From positions 1-64,000 of the forward strand of contig KZ537985.1 in the NCBI GenBank assembly GCA_000934665.2: 64,000 nucleotides of DNA. The letters are read 5' to 3'. Position numbers and translations under genes: made by a program. A model generated the notes under the pieces. The model was not told the origin of the DNA and made no database searches. It saw only the letters and a program-made list of their open reading frames with translations. Positions 48,524 to 61,680 of the stretch are shown in pieces. Origin of the DNA: Catajapyx aquilonaris. Taxonomy: Eukaryota. Each line of letters begins with the position of its first letter. The stretch's first letter is position 1.

Positions 48524-51150
48524 CTGTAGGCTTCCTTAATTAGGTAGCAATGTCGATTTGCAAATGGAAATGCCTCTCATAGATGCTTGATCCAACACAC
48601 ACTCCAATCAAGTGAGAATTTTGCCCCAACCATGTCAATCACAGGTGTATGAAAGTGCAACTGTTCACAATCAGTTTTGGATGACAGTATCCTTGTATAT
48701 GCATATTCACATTCATCTTCGATTGAATATGTTAAGAGTAGATAATTCTTTTGATATTCCCCTGTTAAACGTGATTAACTTTGTAACTGTCCATACGTGT
48801 TATTTATTCTCTGGATTGTGCTTTCTGTAATTGGGCTACCTGATGGGGTGGATGTGGTAAGTTACTTTTAAAAGACCTTGGACCATATGTGGGAGGTTAG
48901 CATGATGCATTGAGCAACAATAAATCTCATTATTAAAATAATGTTACCTCCTGTTAAGTCCACATACCACGTCACATACCTGTTGTAAGGGAGCTCCTTT
49001 CAATTAATAGTTTTTGAAAACTAGTCCATGCTACTTGTATTGTATCTTTTGTATTTTTGTTGTTGTTGTAATACTGTATAAATATTTGTCGCATGCTGCA
49101 CTGACAAAAATAAGTGCTGTAACTAGAAACTGAAGGGACCATGTTGTGGGCAAGAGGAATTTATTATGTGGCAAAAGTAGTTTTCATCATTTGTAAGCTG
49201 CCACTGTTAATCATTAGCAAAATGTGTCTTGACTAATTCACTGACCATCATGAGAATAGAAGGTTGTGTGACGGAATTGCCTAAATCACACGCTTTCCTG
49301 CTGAATTTTGGAGCTTGTTAATTAATCAGCAAGTTTTCAAACTGCAATTCACATGTCAAAGTGGATGACTGGAACTGACATATTGTAGCTTTTAAATACC
49401 AATCTATGCTGTAATACTGTACCTGTAAGAGGCTGCAAATGCCGAGATATCTTGTGCCAGTAGAGTGTAATGTGACTGAAATCCTTTTACCTACACGTCC
49501 TACTGTTGCACCAGACCTGATTTTTAAAATCTTGCATGTATGTGGGACTATGTATGAGATCTGATGACTAGTTGAGTAAGAGAAAAATATTGGTAAGTCT
49601 AGGTATGAAAATAAGTAGTTTTTTTTTGCAGTGGCTCAATATATGCAACTAACTGTACAGGCAGTATTAAATTTACACAAAAATGCCAAAGGTCTTGCAC
49701 ATGCAGTATTACACATAAAGTTTTTGAAATGAGAAATTGGATGTCTCTTAGCCTTTCTCTTCCCAACATATCCTGAAAGATGCAGTTGGCCATAGATAGC
49801 CTACGATGAGTGATTCAGCTGCATAAGTATTGATGACGATATGTGCATTGTAGCAAAAGAAATATCTTTTTGTCAGCCGTGTTTGTTGGTTCACTCTTCA
49901 ATGTGTGCCATCCAAACCATGGCCTACAATTATTACAGTGTGTACAATATTTTACAGAAGGCTACACCTGCACTGCGCATTGCAATGTGTAGGCCAAGTC
50001 TCTGCCAGTGTTGTGTCCACGTCATAACTGGTGCTAATAATGAATTTGTAGCTTCTATATTTGCTGCCAATATTCATAAATCAGGCCACGGTTGACTGTA
50101 AACATGTTTTGAAAACATGGCTTGTCTTCCACTAAAGTTGTGAAATGCTTGCAATGGTTGTTGTGTGCCATCAAACTGTTGATGCAAAAAAAAATTACCT
50201 TCTCCGGAGTGGTAGTCTAACAAAAGCATACCAATAGTGTAGGTGCAAGATGGTTTAATAATGTTCTGTGGAATTCCATCCACATATTGTCAGTGCAATG
50301 TTCTGGCTTCCTCAGTTTGTGCCATACTGTAAACAGTGTCAATTTTGTAGCATAATTACCCAGTAAATGATAATTCTAAAATATGGGCTTTTTCATATTC
50401 ATAATTATTGCTACTTCCAAACGACCATTGCAGTACCGGTACGTAATCCATGACATTTTTCAACAAAATCCCAGATGGAGAAGGAGTGACCAACCTATAC
50501 CCTTGAACCAATATTTATACTCCACCCCTCTGAATGAGCAGGACCAACATTAGAGAAACTAAGCAGAAGAGGAGACCCTTCCCACGTTTCCCTGTTCCAT
50601 TTTCCCTCCAACAAATCTTTCCAGCTCAATTACCTATCCAACTGACAAGAAGCAGGCCATCTGAATCCCATTCAAACTCCACCGGCACTATATGAAGTGA
50701 TGTTGTCTGGCGCGTTACGGTGCGTGACATGTCACCACCGCTGGCACAAAACAGATGGCAGTGTTAGACGCTCATGATGGCTATTATCGTCGTTTTTATA
50801 GCCAACCTTCGCGTCGTTTCTATGGGACTAGAAAAATCCATTGACATACTTGAGATAAGGACACTCAATTTGCCATTGTCAACCGCCACTTTGGAACTTC
50901 AGTAAATGTTTCAAACAAGTTTCAAAATCCACTGGGTCCACACCGAGCAACACACCCTGGTGGAAATCGCACATAATCACGTGTGATGTGTGAGATGTTA
51001 CATGGAGGAGGAAGGGAGGTGGAGGCAGACGGGGGAGGAGGAGGGACCAATCAGGGAACAAGTGCGGCGGAAACTTCAGTCGGTCTTCGGGGGCGGAAGA
51101 GGACACAACGGCCCATTCCAGCCAGAAGTGCTCAACAGCTACTTTTAACC

Positions 51151-54100
51151 ATGGAACCTCGAAGAAGGATCTGTGCCTGGAGCCTCAGCATCTGGATCAT
51201 TGCATGTAAGTTGTGGACTTATTAGTGGTTCCCATGGGGGGGGGGGGGGCTGTCGAAATAATTGTTCATTGTTGACAACAACGCAACTGGCGATAACTGC
51301 ACCTGTACTAGTTTGTACTAGCCATACCAAAAATTTGCTGACCACTGCAATGTCAGCTTATCGGACCCAGTGCCACGCGTATCTGGAAAATATTACGACC
51401 ATTATAACGATCCATGTGAGTCATGCAAGGGGCGAATCAGTGCAGAAAGAGGGGGGCCACATGGGGTTCAAAAATTACAGAAAGGGCTGGCAGTGTATTG
51501 GCAAATCAGTCAAATCGGTATATCGCCATGTTGAAGGTACAAGCTGTATTTTTAGCGAATTTTGTACGTCACACCGATATGTAACCCGGTATGTTACGCC
51601 TCCTGCGAATGTTTCGCTTCAAAGTTGGGGCTATCCTGTCAATATCTGAAGAGTGGTCTAATGAACTTTTGTGAGGGGGTATAAGAAAAGGGGGGGGGGT
51701 TATTTTGGGATCCACGTACCGCATAATTGGGGTGGCGTAGCTATGATCGGATAAATTCCTGGCTATTGGCCAATGGTCAACTGCTGGTGGATTGGTGGAT
51801 ACGTGCTCTCAGAGTGTTCCAGAACATTTGTGACTTGTTGGTCAGGATTTATGGGGGCGACGTGTTTCGCACATGTGTCATGCACAAGGAGTTACGGATT
51901 CTAGGGATTTATTTGCATATGCTGTAATCACCATGCATTGTCTCCAAAGACGTGAATAGTGATAGGTGAAGATGTCGCCTGATTTTGTGGCCAACATATA
52001 TGAACGAAAGGTCATAACAGCAATTAGCCAAGTTCCTATGACACATTTACAGTACCGGTACATACTTGGAACACCTGCACCGTTGATTTACATGACATTT
52101 CATTTTTTTATGTGACATGCTGATCTGCACATGTCTCAAAAGTCCACAACTTGTGATAGGTTGAACCCCGCCCAGTGTCATATCGTATATTGCGACCTAA
52201 ATGTGGAACAGTTTAGGTCAGCAACCTTCTCGAGACAACAAAAGATCGTAGCCATGCCCATAACCAACAACAATGCACTGGATGCATCATAAATGCAACA
52301 CGGTGACCACATCAGAAAGGTCGTGTGATTCACACTGATCGAACGAAAAGGCGGTGTTTGAGGGATCGATTCATGATCATGTGTTGGGTGAAGCAATTAA
52401 CACCCAATTGCGTCATCTTTCAAAAAAATCCATATACAGTAATTAGCATTTAGGTCAAGAATGCATAAGACACAAGCAGCATTCCTTTAACCAAGTGCAA
52501 GGCACGTGCAGAATGTGCTAAAACAGGATGTAATATAAATGAAAATAGCCAAAGTGCTCTGTAAACAATCGGCAGAAATAACCCCCCCCCCCCCNNNNNC
52601 CCCCCCCCCCCCCATTAGACCTTTTGAACTTAGCGAAACCTAGTGCAATATCGTATAAGTGAGGCTGTCAACGGCCGGTAGTGACATGTTGCAGGCAAAG
52701 ACGCTTGAAACTGACGGTTTTAATGGTTTGAGGAAGGGGGGGGGTCCATTGGATGAGGTTTTTGAAGCAGGCCCCAGAATGAAACCAGACACGGGCGCAG
52801 CTGGCAATTGCACTCGTGGTCAGCGTCGAGTTGCAAAGTCTCCCCTACAAACCCATACCGGCATCGTTATAGCTGAAGGAAATAGAGAGGGGAAAAAAAT
52901 GTTCTTGGAAATGGTCCGTTTCCATTGTGTAGGGTTGGTAGGCATGCTTTGTAAGGGGTGGGTTTATTGTTCTGTTGCCCTCGAAGATTGTTTTTGAATT
53001 CCAGAGATGAAAGTGCTTGGGCGATTGTTTCGCGTTCATCCTGCTGAACCCTTAACATGATTCTTGGGGGGACAGTGAACTAGGTGTAATAATAATAGGA
53101 TGTTGATGTCTAATTGGACTAATATTTCAGGTCTGGCGTGTGCTTCGGCTAATGAGGATAGTGTGCTCGGGACTGACTACCAAGCTGATTCGACGACTTC
53201 TGACCCTGGTTTTGGGGGTTCGGATATGGACTCTGTAGGACCAGAGGATGGAGACAGTGGGTTGGAATTTTACAGTACGGCTGATTTAATCGATGATAAA
53301 AACTCGACTGACTTTGCGACAGCGAATTCATTGGAACACGAGAGTACTGCGACCACTTCGGTTATGGGTAGTGAACAAACCGAGAATTCTTCCAGCAACA
53401 CTACTGGTCTTCCAGAAGTGCAAACTGATGAATCCAGTAAAGGTAATAGCAATGATGGAGACAGTGATGATTCCCGTCAGCAGTTGATCTTCAGCACACC
53501 ATCAACGTCAGCAAACGCCACAGGTGAAGTTCCTTCAGCTGCTTCAACCACTGTCAGAGGGGAAGCTGCAGACGCAGTTCCCAAAACAACTTATACAGAA
53601 AGGAGTTATGTTAACAACACTTTTCCCAGAGCAAATTATACGGACACAAATCACTCTGTTACAAATTCCACAGGTGCAGCTTCTTCAGCTGCTTCAGCCA
53701 TTGTCACAGGGGGACCTACAGGCACAGTTCCCAAGACAAATTATACAGAAAGGAGTTACGTCACTAACACTTTTCCCGGAGCAAATTATATAGGCACAAA
53801 TCACTCTGTTGCTGACACTGCTGCCATACCAACCGCAGACACCAGTTTGCCTATTGCAATGACTTCATCTAGGACATCATTTTCTGCTGTCATGAACCAT
53901 TCTATTGCAGACTTTGTTCCCAAAATAGAGTCTACAGTCAATTCAAGGCAGTCAAGTGCAGATGCTGTTACTGAAGCATATTCAATGGACATGAGTCATT
54001 TTATTACAGATGTAAATACCAGGCGAGAAACTACCAACATAAGTCATTCTATTGCAGATACAGTGCCTAGATTACCTTTGACGAATACAAAGCCTTCTGT

Positions 54101-56463
54101 TTTAAACATTACTTCCAGAGAAGATTCAACACACACATCATCATCAGTTACTGATGTTGCTCCTGCAGGAGAGGCAACGACAAGTCATTATATTGCAGAC
54201 ACTTCTCTTAGGGTAGATGCTAACATGACTTCGTCAGCAGCAACACGCCCTCCAATCAGGGTAGCTTCTACACGAATACATTTTATTACAGATCCTCTTC
54301 CCAGGACAGATGCCGCAAACACTAGTCACTCTGATACACACACTGTTCCCAGAGTATATTCTACAGACACAAGTCCTTCTATTACAGCTGAACCTAAGGT
54401 GGGCGTTACAGACACAGAGGTTCCAATCACACCCACACAATCAGATGTGGTGCCTCCAGACACCACAACGGTGCTTGGAGGCAATCCAGATGCAACCACT
54501 ACCAACCAAGCTCCACCAACCCAAGGCACAGGTACAACAAAGGTGGTTTCAACTGAAGCAGGTGAGACCCTGACAACCACCGGAATGGCAACATTGCCAG
54601 GGTCCGATGCAACATTATTGGTGAAAAATGCATCAAGGAGTCAAGAGTTAACGACGTCCTCATTTGATTCGTCTGCCACTGCTCCTGTTCCGGTCAATAC
54701 AGGTAGGCCGTGTTTGTCAAACAGCTTGGAACCAACAGTAAAATCTGAAGGTTGCTGTCAATAACCCATTGTGTGAGCCAGCTGATTATTCTTGGTTCTC
54801 GTAAAGCAAACTCCTACATGTCCTTGATGCAGTAACTATCCCTTAAAATTTAATGAGACTCTTTTCAAATATTGCCCTTGAACAATATTTAAAGCAGTTA
54901 TTTAGATAAGATTACGATAACACTGTGAATAAACTCTCTTAGAAAATTATGATGCTTTGTAAAGTGGGAATAAGGCAAAGTTAGTGTATGTCACTATTAT
55001 TAATAATTGTGCTTTGTATTTCATGTTATGGAGTATCAACACATGATCCAACAGACGTAGTTACAACTGACCCATCATGGAGGATAGAGGTATGCACTCA
55101 CTGCTGAAGAATCATGGATGAGTTATTAATGATATTTTTTTACATGCAGAACAAGGGTTGGGAATATGGGAAGGACTACAGAAACCTTGGTTCGGCAGAA
55201 AGGGAAGATGTAGTCACAATTGTATTCAGCAGAGGCATGTACGTTGCTCAATGGTTCTGGGAATATGACCAATTGTTTCGCCGCATACTGGTAAGCCTTC
55301 AGCTAAACACTCATGTTAATGTGTTTCATTCAACCATTGATTTTTCAGACAGAGAAAATGAAGTTATACTTACCGGTGCAGCCCAAAGATTTGGTGTATG
55401 TGGAACCAACTCCTCGTCATGATAACTCAGGATTGATTCTCTCATTTATTGTCCGAGTTCGAGTCAATGACTCAGATAATGAAAACACTTTGGATGGGGG
55501 TGAGCTGTTGGAAAAACTCGATGCCAACCAAGCCACTATTGAAAAGCTGGTGAGTTTCTGATAATTTTATGTGAAACACCAATAGGTAATTCCTTACATT
55601 TCAGTTAAAACTCAACATACGCCACATCTATGGGGGCTTGCCGCCAAACATATTTGATAATGTGTGTCAAGCCTGTGGAATGTTCACTGAGGACACCAAC
55701 ATCATTCTTTTACTGGCTGTGATTATTTCTGGAGGCCTGGCAATTATTCTCTGCATCCTTCTCTGTGTCAGATGTAAGGGTTTCAAAGGAAAATATGACC
55801 CTCCACCAGACTGCTTGCAGGAGAGTGTAAGTATTCACTTTTGTAAAATAATTAGGGGTTGGGTTGCAGTTTCTGTACTTGTAGTGTGGTATTTATTTAT
55901 TTTATTTAATGTTGACCCTGATGTTTGACAGCTTATATCTCCCGAACAAATTGTTTGAAAATCTGAGGCAAAGTCTCATTTGAAATCTTACATCCGTAAG
56001 AAACGGAAGAATGGCCACTCTCACATGAATTAGCCATTCTCTTTCGCAGGAGGAATAGGAAAAAAAAGGTGTCATAAGTTGTGACCTGTTGTCAATAATT
56101 CCTTTGCTAGCTCGGCAATTTTTAGCTACGTTATCTGTGAAAAAATTGACCCTTTTCACCATTGACAATGTGAATTTTACAGGCGTCCAATATACTTTGC
56201 AGGCCCGATTGAACTCGATGGAGTCACAGCGACCCTTCCCTGAGATTTTGGGCAACAACCTGGCATCAGATGAACAATGCAAAGAAGGCGAGATTGGCTC
56301 CAGCCTGATCAGCTTCAAGAATGGCACTGGCTCTGACAAGGAGTCGACAAAGGCAACTTCTGACAAACTGTCGGGGAATGAAGTGCAAAAGTCTGGCGAA
56401 GCTACCCCAGTTGAAGCCAACAACAAGACGTCATCAGGGGGACAGGTGGATACTAAGTTGTAA
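51151..56463 (+). CDS. Type I membrane sialomucin-like protein (~828 aa): signal peptide, Ser/Thr-rich ectodomain, juxtamembrane globular region, TM helix, tail ending DTKL
   Basis: Exons 51151-51205, 53131-54702, 55055-55089, 55150-55290, 55349-55549, 55605-55826, 56203-56463 join in frame with GT-AG sites. Signal MEPRRRICAWSLSIWIIACLACASA; TM IILLLAVIISGGLAIILCILLCV; internal ~50-aa duplication (VPKTxYTERSYVxNTFP). Confidence 0.78.
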
Positions 56464-57793
56464 TCAGTTTTTTTAAAAACAAACCCTTTTTTAAGAAAAT
56501 GTTGCTTGTAAGAAATCCATGTCCTTAAGCTAAGAAATAAAAAGTTGCCTTATTTGTGGAGTCTAGTGAGTTATTTAAACATTAGTGCAGCATTGATTTA
56601 TCCAGAGCTCTATTGACGTGCTTGTGAAGAGACTTGAAGGTTTAATTTTTAAAATGAATATCTCGATTTTGAAGCGTTATTTTTTTGTTGTAATGTTATA
56701 AAGATGACAGTATAAAATCTGCCAAATCTAGACATCTGGTGTCGGGAATACTTTTATCCATGGATGTCCGACTGTAATGTATGTATATGTAATGGTGGGC
56801 TCATCAATTGTTATGTTTCAGATCATATGGTTTCTTATGTAATTATGATGCAAATTATTTATGATAAAATGTTCCCAATTTCTCTGAATAAGGATGAGCG
56901 TTGAATTTGAAAATAAATCTCAAATATTACTTAATGTCACATGCTCTGTTTTTTTCCCCCTTTCTCCATGTGGTTATTTTGATGTAGCCCTCAACTGAAA
57001 GCCGCTACGCTACTGGGCAGTATCGACTGCCGTTGGTGCTATCGCCATCGCCGTCGCCATCGCCGTCGCCTCTTCCGCCATCATCTGATCATCATCTCGT
57101 CTTCTTTGAGAAGAGGAAGAACAACTCGGGGTGGAGCAGCAGGTCAGCAGGAGAGACAACGTCTTGGTCCACCCAGAGGAACCGCCAGCCCAACCAGGTA
57201 TACTCCCTGGTGGATCATCCCTTGCTGCTCAGGTCCATCCTGCCCATTCCCCCACCCCGCCACTGCCACTTGCCGTACCCAAACATATTCACAAAATGCA
57301 ATGATGCCACTTGTGTCAGATAAGATCATAATACTTTTACAGTGCTGGTAGGTACGGACAGTGGTACATTTTCTGAGGCGGCAGAAGAGCACGCTGAAGT
57401 GATGTAGTACGAGACGTGCGAGTCAAAAATGGTAGGCCGCGGCCCGCGGGTGAAGTCGCTGGCTGGGCACAATAGTGTTTTGAACGATTTAGCCCACCGG
57501 TGACATCACCCAGAGCCTACCATTTCTTATGTGCACGTCTCATACGTCATCACTTTGACGTGCTCTTCTGCTGCCTCAAAAAATTTCACTGTCAGTACTC
57601 TACTATTAATGTCCAGCACTGTACTTGCATATGTCTGGCATTCCAGACTGGAATGAGAAAATTGGATCTGAGAATATCAATATTGGAATATTTATTTGAC
57701 TAATATGACCTTAGCAATTTCAAGAAATCCCATTGACCCATAGATCCTGATGGGACTGTGTATCATGTTATTAGTTATAGAGATATAGACTAA

Positions 57794-58007
57794 AGGCCGG
57801 TATCCACGTACGAGGTTTCTCGCATACGAGGAGCCAACTGCGCATGCCCGGATGCGAGGAACGAGGAAAAGTTGACAATTTTCAACTTGAATCCCCTTTT
57901 CGAGGGACAAGAGGGGCCCTGAGCCGACAAAGAGTCCGTCTCGACGTACAAGATTTTATCGCGTAAGAGGACTCGCATACAAGGAACTCGCACGTCGATG
58001 CCGGCCG
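57794..58007. mobile_element. PIF/Harbinger-like MITE with TAA target duplication
   Basis: TIR ggccggtatccacgtacgag vs the reverse complement of ctcgcacgtcgatgccggcc; TAA at 57791-57793 and 58008-58010. Confidence 0.7.
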
Positions 58008-58208
58008 TAACACTCTATGTCAAAACTTACTATGTAAGGACTGCAAAAGAAACATTATCTACAGAACAGCTGGAAGGTTTATTGCACTATCACTGAACTG
58101 CAGGAGAATGAGATTTCATGCTTGGCACTGATGATAACAGCAAGTTACATGAGAACTGCAGCCTCAACTAATTATAGTGGTCGACTTCAAAGTAACTGTT
58201 TAGGTTGC

Positions 58209-58994
58209 CTACTTCCTAGTAATGAGGGTAACCCCATCGCCAATCTTGAGCATGGATACTAAGACACGGTCATCTTTTGCCACGTGGTCGTTGAAAGCCT
58301 TGATGTCCTTCGTGTTGGCACTGGGAGTCTCCGTCTCATCTAGCAGCACTGTTTCTCCCCAGAGGGTGTTATCCACGGCAATTATTCCACCCACGCGAAC
58401 CAGTTTCAGGCATCTCTCGTAGTACTCGATGTAGTTTGCCTTGTCTGCAGTGTAAGAATGTTATTGTAACTGAGCTGACAAAAGAACAGAAGTCAAAAGA
58501 AATGGAGGGTTCCCACCTGCATCGATGAATGCGTAGTCAAAAGTGTCTTGCTCTCCATTAGCCAGCATTTCATCCAGGGACTTGGTGGCTGGTTGCAGCC
58601 TGACATCAATCTTGTGGGCCATTCCAGCCTCTTCCCAGAAGGGTCGACCCTCCTTGATGTAGTCATCATTGATGTCTAGAGCCACCACCTTCCCATCCTC
58701 AGGGATAGCAAGGGCTGCAGACAGGGCACTGTAACCAGTGAATACTCCAATGTCCAGGACCTTCTTTGCCCCTATGGCATGCATGATCAGGCAGGTCATG
58801 CTGATCACCTCCTTTGCTCCGAGCATCACTGCCCAAGGATGCTTCAGTGTCACATCTATGAGCTTTTGCTGACATGGGTGCAGGGGAGTGGAGTGGCTGA
58901 TGCAGTACTGCACTAATGAATCATTGGCCAAGTGGCTCTTTTGGAACGCCATCTGCCTGAGGAATGGTGGGGGTTGCTGAGGAGGGCTCGACAT
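58209..58994 (-). CDS. SAM-dependent O-methyltransferase, COMTD1/caffeoyl-CoA OMT-like (Methyltransf_3)
   Basis: Exons 58994 (or second Met at 58952)-58517 and 58444-58209. Motifs VLDIGVFTGYSAL, FDYAFIDA|DKANY, GGIIAVDNTLW and IGDGVT. Confidence 0.88.
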
Positions 58995-59069
58995 GACTAC
59001 TGATGAGGCGTCAGTTCTGTGGGCAAAAGGACACAGTTTTAATCACCTCTTACAATGGCGGCATTCTGT

Positions 59070-59262
59070 AGGGGAGGCGGGGGTGGCATCCACTGATGGA
59101 AGGGTCCCGGGTTCGACCCCAAGCACAGGATTTTCCTCCTTTCATCTTGTGCATAGTTCGGGGTCATCTCTGGCTTCGTCTCGTGTGGGATTCCTTGAGA
59201 CTAACCACCAAGGGGAACTCACAAAATGGTTTTGCAATGACGTTGCACTTGTGCTGCATGCG
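59070..59262 (+). mobile_element. Diverged copy of the SINE family found at 5012-5341
   Basis: Shares ggtcccgggttcga, catctctggcttcgt and gggga..tcacaaaatg with the minus-strand sequence of the 5012-5341 element. Confidence 0.7.
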
Positions 59263-59967
59263 CCCCCCCACCCCCCCNCCCCCCCCCCCCAGCTTCAGTG
59301 ATGTATCCCAGACTTAGTACAGCTTAACACATGAATCTGACTTAATTCGCCTTGATTATATAATGAGTGATTGGAACATACCACCAACAATGAAAACTTT
59401 CAGCAATATGCGACTGCACCACCTGACTGATGTTTTAGTACTGCAGATGTTTACCAGTGCTGATGCAACTAAAGTAGAGCACAAGTGTTCAGGACCTTAT
59501 CTGATGAGTAGTTATTGTACTAGGATCATAGAAATGCCAATCAGCCAGATTCGGCACATGTGGTACTTGGCATTCCAGGAATTTGGCATGCACAAAATAA
59601 TAATAGAATCTGTTTGAATCACATTAGCATACTAGGCTGCATTGCATCAGTAGGATACTCACAGAACGCAGATGCACTTTAAGCTGATGGCTGCTTTAAG
59701 ATCGGAATGAGTCCAAGGCAAGGATGATCTCTGATACTGGATTTGAGACACTGAAAGCGGTGCATTATCTAGGGGAGTCTAGTGTCGTAACCTGAATATG
59801 TTGGTCATGAAATAATAGATAACAAGTGGCACTGATGGGAATGGGAAGGGTCATTTGATATCGTATCCTTAAGATTGTCCATGTATAACGAGTAAGTGTG
59901 TACAGTTGGATATTCCCACATGATTTTTGATGACGCTCTTAAATATTGCAGGTTGGGAATTTCCAAG

Positions 59968-61186
59968 ATGAGCAAGAAAGGAAATCTACCTGGGCAGGAA
60001 GCCTTCAAGCGGATGAACTTTCTGTACCAAGTAAGATGCTTGCTGTAGTTTCTTGTTTTCGTGAGTACTGTTCTAATGCTAATTCTTATTGCAGGCAGCC
60101 CACACAGTCCTCTCCATATATCCAGACAAGCCGGAACTGGCAGCTTACTATGGAAACGTGATGACCAGTGTTGCCAAGAAAGCTGTCCTGAAATTGTAAG
60201 AATTAATTCATGGGAAATAATATCATGTTTAATACGTACTGTACTATTAATTAACATTGATTTATGATAGAACAAAGTATTTGTTAATTTAATCTTCATT
60301 AATATGTGTGCTCTTTGCCAGCCGTATGTGAAAACTTTGTACAAATTGACAGCTAGGAAGAACTGTTTGAAGATGTTGTTATCTCTCAGTAGCGAACAAT
60401 CTGACAGGAGTATCTTATGCTGTGCAACTTTCTCAGGCCTTCTCTAATCACTTCCTACGGGAGTGTTATCTGCAATTGTACATTCGTAAATGGCTTTGCA
60501 ATTGTGGCTTTTTGAAAACTTAGACTGTTTGTTTTGTGGAATACGTACTTATTAATAGCATCAGGTGCAATTTTGCAGGTGGGACATTTCCCCAGGAAAT
60601 TGTTGCACTCATTTTACACTGTTTCAGGGACCCATCCATAAAGCGTACCTTGTGCAAAGGCTGCATGGGTGTACTGGTGCCAGGAGTGACTGCCTTAGTC
60701 AGGACGAGGAGGAAGCGATGCAAGCACCAGGTGTGGACCTGCCTGAAGTGCCGCACAGTAAAGCGATTCATGTTGAAGGAAGGGTATTCCCTGTGGAGTG
60801 AGCGGCCAGAAGCCATGGTGGAATATCTTGACTTTGGATCCAAGTCCCTCCAGCAGCAGCAGCAGCAGCAACAACAACAACAACACCACCAGCAGCAACA
60901 GCAGCAGCAGCAACAACAACAGCAGCAGCAGCAGATGCAACCGCAGCCATCCTGTTCTGGAATGAGCACTGCCATACTGTGCAAGCCAAGCTGTTCATCC
61001 GCTTCACAAGGAGACAAGGCCATATACAGGGGACTGTCTGAAGAACTGAGTCGCATCAGCTTTGAGTACCAATATGCTGGGAATGGTTATTATGACAGGC
61101 TGGACATGGATGAGGACAGACCCTGCAGCAGCAACGGGGTGGAGGCCACTCGCAGGGGCAAGGACATGAGGCAGAATGACGGATAA
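59968..61186 (+). CDS. RPP21: Ribonuclease P protein subunit p21 (240 aa) with polyQ-containing C-terminal extension
   Basis: Exons 59968-60030, 60095-60195, 60628-61186. EAFKRMNFLYQAAH, AKKAVLKLDPSIKRTLCKGC and a second CxxC (TCLKC) form the Rpr2/Rpp21 zinc ribbon. AATAAA at 61280-61285. Confidence 0.88.
60851..60940 (+). repeat. CAG/CAA trinucleotide repeat encoding polyglutamine
   Basis: Q11-HH-Q15 in the last RPP21 exon. Confidence 0.9.
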
Positions 61187-61680
61187 GGTTGGCTTAGGCG
61201 TCATCTTGATGTTATTTAATCATCCCATGCTGTAACTATTGCTCATTAAATATCGATTGAAACTGTACGCCCTACTTGCAATAAATGACTGCACGTGTCA
61301 TTTTCAGAAGCAGCCGAGGTGACCAAGGCATATAGCTAATGAAAGTAGCGGCTATGCAAATGTAGCTATCAGATGATGGTATTGCTGGGAGTTGCTATAG
61401 TATTTCCCAGTACTAGTGGACAACACGGCAAGTTTGCAGGGTAAGTGGCCAGGGTCGTCTCTAGGTCATGTTGACCAGGCTGTGCATGTGTCACTGCCCA
61501 TGTCAAGGGGCGGCACCCACAGAGGCTGCCCCACTCATTTAGGTACACAATTGCATAACGTGATTGCACTGATTGTTTTTATCTCGGTCGGGTACGATCA
61601 AGGTTCAGCTTGAGGCACTGCAAAATTCTTATCCCTTCAGGTAGTGGTCATCGCATAAGTAACCTCATCAGGAGCAAGAC

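Noticed and set aside
60520..61056. Poly-Cys, poly-Leu and poly-Ala minus-strand ORFs
   Set aside because: Antisense readings of the RPP21 CAG/CAA repeat.
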